The notes under the pieces: generated by a model
Database searches by the model: none
What the model was told of the DNA's origin: nothing
Seen by the model: only the letters and a program-made list of their open reading frames with translations
Made by a program: the position numbers and the translations under genes
Assembly: GCA_046546095.1 (NCBI GenBank)
Contig: JBKGYK010000001.1
Coordinates: 19,941 to 83,940, forward strand
Direction: 5' to 3'
Source of the DNA: Bacteroidales bacterium
GTDB taxonomy: Bacteria; Bacteroidota; Bacteroidia; Bacteroidales; ML635J-15
Length of the DNA stretch: 64,000 nucleotides
Shown: one piece after another, positions 49,486-57,662 of the stretch
Layout of the letters: each line of letters starts with the position of its first letter
Numbering within the stretch: the first letter of the stretch is position 1

Positions 49486-50400
49486 TTAGTTTCTTTCCAT
49501 AAAATCCAGAACATCTCTCCAGATGAGGGCTTTTCCCTCTTCGTTCAGAACCTCATGGCGCAGGTGGGGATAAATCATCATATCTGGTGCTACGCCAAAT
49601 TTCTCAAAACGGCGCTTAACTTTTTTGACACCGATGCCGTAATTCCCAACGGGGTCATCGGCACCGGAAATCAGTAGTACCGGCAAGCCTTTTAGCAGTT
49701 TACGGAGTTCTCTTTTTCTGTGAATCACATTGATGCCATACAACAAATCGCGATAAAAAGCTCCGCTGGCCACAAAGCCACACCAGGGATCCCTTGTATA
49801 GGCTTGCACTACGGATTTATCGGAACAAATCCAGGCATATTCGCTGTTTTCATCTTTAAACTTTTTGTTATACGCACCAAAACTGAGTTTGTGCAGGAAG
49901 CCGGCATTTTGTTCGGGATCTTTAAAAAAGAGGCTCAGATTAGCCAGGGCAAAGCCTCCCAGTCTTTCAGGCAGGGTGAGATTTCCGGTTCCCGACAGCA
50001 CCCAGGCCTTTGCCATGCGCGGATGGCGTATCATGAGACAACGAACAAAGAAACTTCCCATACTGTGTCCCAGAAGATAAACCGGCAATTTGTAGGTTTC
50101 CTGCAACTGATCATTAAAACGTTTCAGATCCTGGCATACCTTATTCCAGCCGTTTTTCTCATCAAAATAGCCGGTTTTTCCTGCCTCGCTACCGGTCACA
50201 CCATGCCCGGGATGATCATTGGCAGCCACAATAAAACCATTTTTGCACATATACCCGGCAAATTCCGCATAACGGGCTGAATGTTCTGCCATGCCATGCA
50301 CAATCTGAAGCACGCCTCTGGCCTCTGTTTCCGGCATCCATATGCGGTAAAACACATGTTGCCCTGTGGCTGACGGAAAACGTCCCTGATGTTCTGTCAT
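49486..50400 (-). CDS. Alpha/beta hydrolase (lysophospholipase / monoglyceride lipase-like)
   Basis: 304 aa with HGMAEHSARY and the nucleophile elbow GHSMGS. Confidence 0.85.
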   Translation of the reverse strand: MTEHQGRFPSATGQHVFYRIWMPETEARGVLQIVHGMAEHSARYAEFAGYMCKNGFIVAANDHPGHGVTGSEAGKTGYFDEKNGWNKVCQDLKRFNDQLQETYKLPVYLLGHSMGSFFVRCLMIRHPRMAKAWVLSGTGNLTLPERLGGFALANLSLFFKDPEQNAGFLHKLSFGAYNKKFKDENSEYAWICSDKSVVQAYTRDPWCGFVASGAFYRDLLYGINVIHRKRELRKLLKGLPVLLISGADDPVGNYGIGVKKVKRRFEKFGVAPDMMIYPHLRHEVLNEEGKALIWRDVLDFMERN

Positions 50401-51497
50401 GATTTGAAATATTTATCAAAATCCTTTAGTCCAAATTCTTTCCATAGCCCTTTCATTTCTTCAAACAGGGCAGGCGGTACAGGAACTCCATATACAGCAC
50501 GCTCCAGATAACTAAGATGCTCTTTTTCACCAGCCGTATAAATGTGTTTCTGATCCGGCATTTTCTTTGATTTCCGCAAACTGCGCAAGATATCGCCGGT
50601 AATGCGTTTGAAAGATTTTATGTCGTTGAATGCTTCAATGTTTATGGCGATGAAGAAATGGCCAAGCCTGTAGGGAACTTTTTTACCGTCGCTCATACCG
50701 GAGAGAGCGTGCATAAAACCACCGCCTTGCAGAGCAGCAGAGAGTATTTCCACCACGGTAGCATAACCATATCCTTTGTATCCACCGCCATCTTCGCCTA
50801 TGCCCCCAAGCGGTGTGAGTGCAGCTTCCTTATCAACCAGGGCTTTGAGAACAGCTTTGGGATCTGTCATGGTTTTTCCTTCCCGGTTTATCACCCAGCC
50901 TTCCGGCAGCTCTTTGCCGTGTTTTTCGTAATATTCAAATTTTCCGCGCTGTGACACAGATGTGGCACAATCCAGAAAAAAGGGGAAATCTTCATCGCTG
51001 GGCATCACAAAAGTCAGTGGGTTGGTACCAAGCATGTTCTCAACACCAAAAGTAGGCGCAATGGATGGGCGCGCATTGGTTCCGGTGATGCCGATCATAT
51101 TTTCTTTTTCTGCCATCATACCATAATAACCGGCAATTCCGTAATGGGAAGAATTCCGTACGGCCACCATACCGATACCCTGTTCCCTTGCTTTATCAAT
51201 GGCCATCTGCATTGCTTTTTTGCTGATGACATGTCCCATGCCGTTATTGCCGTCCAGAACAGCTGTAGCACCAAACTCTTTTATCACATCCACCGTGGTT
51301 TCAGGCTTCAGTATACCATCATCAATACGATCCAGATAAATGGGTTTGAGACGGTTAATGCCGTGGGAATCTATACCAAGTTTATCGGCGCTTATCAACA
51401 CATCTGCAACAATCGCTGCATCAGCCTCAGGTACGCCTTTTTTCATCAGACATTGTTGCATAAAATTCTCAAGTACATCAAAAGGGATATTTCTCAT
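50397..51497 (-). CDS. Ldh_2 family oxidoreductase (malate/L-lactate/ureidoglycolate dehydrogenase-like)
   Basis: 366 aa with ADKLGIDSHGINRL and SHYGIAGYY. Overlaps the hydrolase gene by 4 nt. Confidence 0.85.
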   Translation of the reverse strand: MRNIPFDVLENFMQQCLMKKGVPEADAAIVADVLISADKLGIDSHGINRLKPIYLDRIDDGILKPETTVDVIKEFGATAVLDGNNGMGHVISKKAMQMAIDKAREQGIGMVAVRNSSHYGIAGYYGMMAEKENMIGITGTNARPSIAPTFGVENMLGTNPLTFVMPSDEDFPFFLDCATSVSQRGKFEYYEKHGKELPEGWVINREGKTMTDPKAVLKALVDKEAALTPLGGIGEDGGGYKGYGYATVVEILSAALQGGGFMHALSGMSDGKKVPYRLGHFFIAINIEAFNDIKSFKRITGDILRSLRKSKKMPDQKHIYTAGEKEHLSYLERAVYGVPVPPALFEEMKGLWKEFGLKDFDKYFKS

Positions 51498-51645
51498 CGT
51501 TTTTATCGTTTTGGACGAAGTTACAAAAATTTCAGAAGCTTATCCTATTGAAACAACAGATTTGAAAATCATCATAACAAACCAAAAAAACAAAATTTAT
51601 CATTATATTAGTGCGATTTTACAAAACCTTTATAAACCAATCACT

Positions 51646-52650
51646 ATGAAAAAAATTATCAATCCAATGATTTTTGCTGTAGCAGCAACGATTCTGATCA
51701 CATCCTGCAGCAAACAACCCGAGCACATCAACACCATTCCCGGCGATGCATTTGCAGTAATTACCTTTAATCCGGACGAAGAAAACCGTGATGAGGTAGT
51801 GGAAGACATTCAAAACAATGAAGATTTTCGTGAATTTATGAAAGAAGTCCGTGAGGACAGTAAAGTCATGGCGAATATTCTGGAAGATTTCATTGAAGAT
51901 CCAACCACTAGCGGGATAGATATGTACGAAGAGATATTTGCATTTGCTGCGCCGCTTGATGATTACATGATTTTTGGCACCAGTATGCTGCTCAAAAAAG
52001 CTTCCACTTTTGAAGAAGTTCTCAAAAAAGTAGCAAAGGAAATGGAATTTGAGCTAAAGATCGAGGACGAAGACGGTTACAAAAAAGTAAGATTCCCCAT
52101 GGGCATCGCTATTTGGGACAAGACCAAAGTTATGGTTCTGGGTAGCAACGGCATAGCCGATCTGGAGGAAAAAGCCAAAGAGTTCATGCAGCAGAAAGTC
52201 AGTAAGAGCATTATGAAAAATAAGGATTTTTCAGAATTTTACGAAAATGCCATGGATTTCAACCTTTGGTTTTCCAGCAATATTGAAAATCTTGAAACCG
52301 AAATTACCATGATGGAAAAAATGCTGGAAGTTCAGTTGGATGACAATTTTGCTCATATGCATTTTGACTGGGATAAGAAGGCCGGCCAGTTTACCATGAT
52401 TACCAAAATGCGTGTCAACGAAGATATCCGGGACATGAGCATCACCGACATGTCGGAACTCCTTGAAGAAACCGGAGCAATGAACCGCTTGCCAATGCTT
52501 GGAGGGTCACGGGAATACTCAGAAGAGTGGGCAGAAGAACAACTCAGAGAGGAAGACTGGGAGGAAGCAGAAAAAATCATGGACACCATCAAAGAAGAAG
52601 ATGTAGAAGCCATGCTGAAAGAACTGGAAAAAGAAATGGATGCACAGTAG
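51646..52650 (+). CDS. DUF4836-like lipoprotein with acidic C-terminal tail
   Basis: ATG 51646 gives MKKIINPMIFAVAATILITSC (lipobox), then IPGDAFAVITFN. The C-terminus is E/D-rich. The track start at 51340 lies inside the divergent gene. Confidence 0.65.
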   Translation: MKKIINPMIFAVAATILITSCSKQPEHINTIPGDAFAVITFNPDEENRDEVVEDIQNNEDFREFMKEVREDSKVMANILEDFIEDPTTSGIDMYEEIFAFAAPLDDYMIFGTSMLLKKASTFEEVLKKVAKEMEFELKIEDEDGYKKVRFPMGIAIWDKTKVMVLGSNGIADLEEKAKEFMQQKVSKSIMKNKDFSEFYENAMDFNLWFSSNIENLETEITMMEKMLEVQLDDNFAHMHFDWDKKAGQFTMITKMRVNEDIRDMSITDMSELLEETGAMNRLPMLGGSREYSEEWAEEQLREEDWEEAEKIMDTIKEEDVEAMLKELEKEMDAQ

Positions 52651-52655
52651 TATCT

Positions 52656-53294
52656 ATGGCAATTGAGTTACACAACATTATCCCTTCTCCACTTGAAGAA
52701 CTTCCCATGGAAGATTCTCAGGTATGGAGAAGGGATATTTCATTTCTGCCGGGGCATGATTATCTGATATATGCTGAATCCGGCAAAGGAAAAACTACCC
52801 TGATCAATCTGATTTACGGTCTGCGAAGCGATTATCAGGGAAACCTGCTAATTGATGGCCGTAACAGCAGAGACTTCACACACAGGCAGCGTATTGCCCT
52901 GCGCAGGGAACATTTTGCTTTGGTACCGCAGGGATTGTGGCTATTTGAACATCTCAGTGGCATAGAAAACATACGCATAAAAAACAATCTCACCAGCTAT
53001 ATGGACGAATCCGGAATTCAGGAGTATCTGAAAGCCTGCGGTATTGCTGATCATCAGCACAAACCTGCAGGATTGCTTTCCTTCGGGCAAAAACAGCGTT
53101 TTGCTATCATTCGTTCCTTATGTCAACCATTTCGTTTTTTATTGCTGGATGAAGCCTTTTCTCATCTGGACAAAAGCAATAAGGACATCATCACTGATAT
53201 TCTGAAAAAAGAAGTCAGACACAGAAATGCCGGCATGATATTAACCAGTCTGACTGATCATGAACCAGGTTTTGATAAAATTATCAGATTATGA
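52656..53294 (+). CDS. ABC transporter ATP-binding protein (divergent signature motif)
   Basis: 212 aa from ATG 52656. Walker A AESGKGKTT, signature LSFGQKQR (rather than LSGGQ), and Walker B LLLDEAFSHLD. Confidence 0.8.
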   Translation: MAIELHNIIPSPLEELPMEDSQVWRRDISFLPGHDYLIYAESGKGKTTLINLIYGLRSDYQGNLLIDGRNSRDFTHRQRIALRREHFALVPQGLWLFEHLSGIENIRIKNNLTSYMDESGIQEYLKACGIADHQHKPAGLLSFGQKQRFAIIRSLCQPFRFLLLDEAFSHLDKSNKDIITDILKKEVRHRNAGMILTSLTDHEPGFDKIIRL

Positions 53295-54475
53295 TTTGGA
53301 AAGTATTGCGGCAGGAATTTAAGGTTTCACAAATGTTGTTGATCATCACTGTGATGTTTGCCGGGTTTAGCATTATCATGCTTACTGCACGTTTTTATGC
53401 AGATATCCGTCCGGTTTTTTCAGGTGAGGATCTCTGGCAGACCGAACATCTGATCATAAGCAAGGAGGTATCCCCTCTTACAACAACAGGACAGCTACTC
53501 AGGAAGCGGGATAAGCCTTCATTTTCCGAAAAGGAAATGGCAGAGATTAAGGACCAGCCTTTTGTAAAAGACCTTGCTGCATTCACAGCCAGCAGCTTCA
53601 AAGCTACTGCCTATACCAGAAACAAGGAACTCGGGGGGTTTTATACAGAGTTGTTTTTTGAATCTGTACCTTCCCGCTATATTGATTTGGACAGCGATTC
53701 ATGGAAGTGGACAGAAACGAGTGAATTCATCCCTGTAATTTTACCAAAATCCTATCTCAACCTGTACAATTTTGGCTTTGCTACTGCTCAGAATCTGCCG
53801 CAGATATCCGAAGAAGCTGCGGGTCTGATTCCCTTCAACGTCAGAGTTCAGGGCAGGGACAAGCAGGCACAGTTTGATGCAAGAATTGTAGGTTTTTCCG
53901 ACCGTCTCAATACAATTCTTGTTCCCGAGCCATTTCTGCAATATGCCAATTCTGAATTCGGCAACAAAAAGCCACCTGTTTCACGTCTGATTCTTATCAC
54001 ACCGGATCCGTCAAATCCAGACTTACTGGAATATATCAGAGAAAACAAGTATGATTACAACCAGGAACAACTCAACAGCGGTAAGGCAAGGATGCTCCTG
54101 AATACCGTTACAGTCATTGTGCTGGCTACCGGACTATTCATCAGTTTACTGGCTTTATGGATGTTTATTCTCTCCTCCCATCTGCTGCTGCAAAAAAATA
54201 AAACGAATATTCATCATCTTATTGCACTCGGCTACAGTCATTCCCAGATACTGGCACCATTCAGAAATCTCAACATTATCATCAGCTTGCTTGTGTTTGC
54301 TTTAAGTCTGCTTCCGTTTTTCATACTCCGCGAAATATGGCTGGAAAATCTGCAATCAATCCTGCCGGCTGAAAGTTCCGGCAACATTCTGATACTGGCA
54401 GGTGGTTTTGTTTTGCTGATGATCCTATCCGGCCTGAATATTCTGAGTACTGCCAGAGAAATCAAAAAAATTTAA
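53291..54475 (+). CDS. FtsX/MacB-like ABC permease
   Basis: 394 aa. One TM helix, an about-230-aa periplasmic domain, then three C-terminal TM helices. Overlaps the ATPase gene by 4 nt. Confidence 0.7.
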   Translation: MIWKVLRQEFKVSQMLLIITVMFAGFSIIMLTARFYADIRPVFSGEDLWQTEHLIISKEVSPLTTTGQLLRKRDKPSFSEKEMAEIKDQPFVKDLAAFTASSFKATAYTRNKELGGFYTELFFESVPSRYIDLDSDSWKWTETSEFIPVILPKSYLNLYNFGFATAQNLPQISEEAAGLIPFNVRVQGRDKQAQFDARIVGFSDRLNTILVPEPFLQYANSEFGNKKPPVSRLILITPDPSNPDLLEYIRENKYDYNQEQLNSGKARMLLNTVTVIVLATGLFISLLALWMFILSSHLLLQKNKTNIHHLIALGYSHSQILAPFRNLNIIISLLVFALSLLPFFILREIWLENLQSILPAESSGNILILAGGFVLLMILSGLNILSTAREIKKI

Positions 54476-54490
54476 GATATACAGCCGGAT

Positions 54491-55468
54491 TTAAAACAAT
54501 CCCAGGAAAGTATTTCCGTTTTCATCGGTACGCAGGTAAATTTCATCACCCGGTTTCACACGATCATTTTTGCCCAGACCATTACGCCGGCGCAATTTTT
54601 TCTCTTTCACTCCGTAGCGTTGACTGACTTCCCAAAGGGATTCATCTTCTTCAACAACATGCTTTTCAAATCCTCTGTCAGCACGATTACGTTTTGGCTC
54701 AAGATAAACAAACTGTCCTGCCGAAATATCATCCGACTTATTCATATCATTGTACTGATACAATTGCCAGGCCGCCATGTCAAACTCCTGTGCCAGGGCT
54801 GTAATGTTGTCACCCCGGCGGGCAACAATCAGTTGACGACCATTGTTCTCAATAATTTCGCGATCATATGGATCAATCACCCAATTATCGGAAAATCCAG
54901 GCTGTACCCTGTTCCTGACGGTACCATCAGCCAGCACATGCAACTTGTCTGTTTGCGGTTTAACACCTTTATCGTATTCCTGCAGGTTATGTCGTTCTAT
55001 CAGGCCGATCAGAATGTCAGCATATTTAGGGTTGGTAGCATAGCCGGCTTTCTTCAGTCCTCTGGCCCATCCGACATAATCAGTGGGCTCAAGATCAAAC
55101 AGAAATGCATAGCGAGAGTATTTCATCAGAAACTCTGAATGGTCTTTAAATGATTCATAAGCATTTTTGTATTTTCTGAAACATTCCTGATCCGCATCAT
55201 CATCATGGTAAATCTTCTCCCCAATCCAGTCGGAGTGGCATTTTATCCCGAAATGATTTTTTGCTTCGACGGCCAGCTGGCTGTTGCCGGAGCCGGATTC
55301 CAGAATTCCCTGCGCCAGGGTAATGGAAGCAGGAATACCGGTGCGTTTCATCTCATCAACCGCCCAATCTGCATATTCATCTATATACATTTCAGTAGTG
55401 AGGGTTTCCTGTGCTTTAAGCGAAAAAACGCAGGATATCAGAAGGAAAAACACAAGTAACTTTTTCAT
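54491..55468 (-). CDS. Glucosaminidase-domain peptidoglycan hydrolase with LysM repeats
   Basis: 325 aa with a signal peptide. PASITLAQGILESGSGNSQLA...KNHFGIK, and two LysM-like segments (ITALAQEF..., SLWEVSQRYGV...). Confidence 0.85.
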   Translation of the reverse strand: MKKLLVFFLLISCVFSLKAQETLTTEMYIDEYADWAVDEMKRTGIPASITLAQGILESGSGNSQLAVEAKNHFGIKCHSDWIGEKIYHDDDADQECFRKYKNAYESFKDHSEFLMKYSRYAFLFDLEPTDYVGWARGLKKAGYATNPKYADILIGLIERHNLQEYDKGVKPQTDKLHVLADGTVRNRVQPGFSDNWVIDPYDREIIENNGRQLIVARRGDNITALAQEFDMAAWQLYQYNDMNKSDDISAGQFVYLEPKRNRADRGFEKHVVEEDESLWEVSQRYGVKEKKLRRRNGLGKNDRVKPGDEIYLRTDENGNTFLGLF

Positions 55469-55563
55469 AAATAATGCTTTTATCCAAAAGTACAGACTTC
55501 TGTTTTTGATAATGCAATCCCCTGCTTTAAGTTATCAACATCACAGAGTTAAAAGCAGCACAA

Positions 55564-56277
55564 TCAGGCTGCGACAGGCTTTTTCCCTCTTTTATTTTCT
55601 TCGATCATCACCAGAGAACCGCGATAGAAAATAAAGGCAGCCACTGCCATCAGGGTGTGGGAAATATCAAGATAATTGAACCAGATATCCAGACTCCACC
55701 TGTTAAGATATATAATGGAGGAAATAACAGCGAGAATCACAGCAAAGATGAAAATTTTACTGGCCCTGCTTCTTGTTTTATAAAAGACATAAACAGAATA
55801 TGATCCCACCACAAACATAACACCGTAGGCGGAGTGTATTTCAACAAAGCGGAAATTCATGAAAGCAAAGGTAAGTGCCATGAAAGTAAGCAACTCAACA
55901 ACATTCATCCATTTAAAAAAAACAATGGCCTTTGGGGGAGCTACGCCTTCTGCATGCTCTATGGCTGCCCTTTCAAGCAACATTACAGCCAGCATAGAGG
56001 TAATCCAGCCAGGCAGTTTCCAGCCAAAACTCAGTGCATACAAAAATCCGTGACCAATCACTCCGCCAATGAAAGTGGCTATACCCATGCCCAAAAAATA
56101 AAACATCAGATATTTGCGTATTTTCAAATCACTTTTCACCTGCATTAGTTTGTAAAAAGCATAAAAACAAACAAGTGCTACCAACACATCGGTAATCATA
56201 GTAACTGGTTCATCTATCCGGATACCCAGAGGGTAAACTGAAGGTTGGTTTTGTAATATCAGCATCGCATCAATCAA
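55564..56277 (-). CDS. Hypothetical 7-TM membrane protein
   Basis: 237 aa with about seven hydrophobic helices and no motif I can name with confidence. Confidence 0.6.
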   Translation of the reverse strand: MIDAMLILQNQPSVYPLGIRIDEPVTMITDVLVALVCFYAFYKLMQVKSDLKIRKYLMFYFLGMGIATFIGGVIGHGFLYALSFGWKLPGWITSMLAVMLLERAAIEHAEGVAPPKAIVFFKWMNVVELLTFMALTFAFMNFRFVEIHSAYGVMFVVGSYSVYVFYKTRSRASKIFIFAVILAVISSIIYLNRWSLDIWFNYLDISHTLMAVAAFIFYRGSLVMIEENKRGKKPVAA

Positions 56278-56373
56278 ATTTTATTTCGGTATTCATTAAT
56301 GGCTAACAAATAAACAAAAAATAGGATCAATCCCGTCAGATTTTTTTTACAATGGATTTTGGAGGTTGAAAAG

Positions 56374-57585
56374 TCACGGTCCACAAAAATAATCACCACC
56401 TGTGTTGTCATGGGTATTGTCTGATTCCTCCAGATTGAGGTTGGGGTTACATGCTTCGGGAGCAGCGTAAAACACACAATTCTCCAGATGATTGAAATGA
56501 ACATGATGTACATTGAGGTTCGGTGAATCCCACATTCTGATTGCTCCCATATTTTCGGAATCAGCAGCGTATTCTATTTCAGCGTGACCGATTTCGTTGT
56601 TCGGATTTTGAGTTTGATCAAAAACAAAACCTCCCCAGGCACCTGCTGTTTTTGTTTTTCCGGTAAAAATCAGGGGTTTTTCCGGAGCTCCAACGGCATA
56701 CAGGCCTGCCTGATCTGATTCTCCGACAGTAAGCGTAGCTGCATCTTCAAAGGCCATTGTTATGCCGGGACTTAGTGTAAGCACGCCGGAAGCAACATAT
56801 ACAGGCTTGTCTATATGATATGGCACAGCGTGATCCTCCCACAACACATCATTAGTAATAATCGCAGGATTGCTAAAACCATCCGTACCAACCACAATGG
56901 CATCCTGAGCATTGCCGGTAAAAGAACCGCCCTCAATGGCACCTACCATATTGGCAGGAATAAACACTGGCACCATATTGCCACTTAGCCTGTTGTTGAC
57001 AAAAGAGCCCAGGCTCGCAGACTGGTTGCTGATACGCAAGCCATAGCGTCCGCTGTTGCGTATGCTGCTGTTATTGATGGCGGCTGATGCATCTGCATCG
57101 ACAAAAACAGAAGCGATATCACCATGTGGACTAAATTCAAACCCGCCACCATATTCTACCACACAATAATTGAGCAAGTTATTTTCGTTTTCAGAGAGAA
57201 AAGCAATAAAACCCCACGCTCCGGCCACTTTTTCTTCACCGGTAAATACAATGGAATCATCAGGGGTTCCGTCGGCTTTCAGTGAACCACGGACATCCAG
57301 TGCTGCATCCTCAGCAAAAGCAATTTCCACACCCGGTTCAATCTGCAAATCGCCCCTGACCACAGACCTTCGCGTAATCAGATAATCAAGGCCTTCTCTG
57401 TGGTTTTCCAAAACCAGAAGAGAGTCTTCAGGTACCAGTATATTGTTGTCATGGGCACCCTGCGGAAGCTGTACCGGTATCAAATCCGGCATTCTGTCAT
57501 CATCTGCAGGCTCACAAGCAGGAATGAGGATAAAAAGCATGGCAAGTCCGGACAAAACAATCAACAACTTTTGCAAATTCTGCAT
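56374..57585 (-). CDS. Hypothetical lipoprotein with internally duplicated beta-helix-like module
   Basis: 403 aa with lipobox LIPAC. Two copies of a ...PG(V/I)x(I/M)AFxxDAxLxV...(I/L)(V/I)FTGxxKxAGAWGG(F)xF pattern. Confidence 0.6.
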   Translation of the reverse strand: MQNLQKLLIVLSGLAMLFILIPACEPADDDRMPDLIPVQLPQGAHDNNILVPEDSLLVLENHREGLDYLITRRSVVRGDLQIEPGVEIAFAEDAALDVRGSLKADGTPDDSIVFTGEEKVAGAWGFIAFLSENENNLLNYCVVEYGGGFEFSPHGDIASVFVDADASAAINNSSIRNSGRYGLRISNQSASLGSFVNNRLSGNMVPVFIPANMVGAIEGGSFTGNAQDAIVVGTDGFSNPAIITNDVLWEDHAVPYHIDKPVYVASGVLTLSPGITMAFEDAATLTVGESDQAGLYAVGAPEKPLIFTGKTKTAGAWGGFVFDQTQNPNNEIGHAEIEYAADSENMGAIRMWDSPNLNVHHVHFNHLENCVFYAAPEACNPNLNLEESDNTHDNTGGDYFCGP

Positions 57586-57662
57586 AATATTTGGATTTAT
57601 GTGTTACCATCACAAAACGAGAAGCTCTACAGAAATGTTTAATTTTTTTTCGGAAAGCCAAA

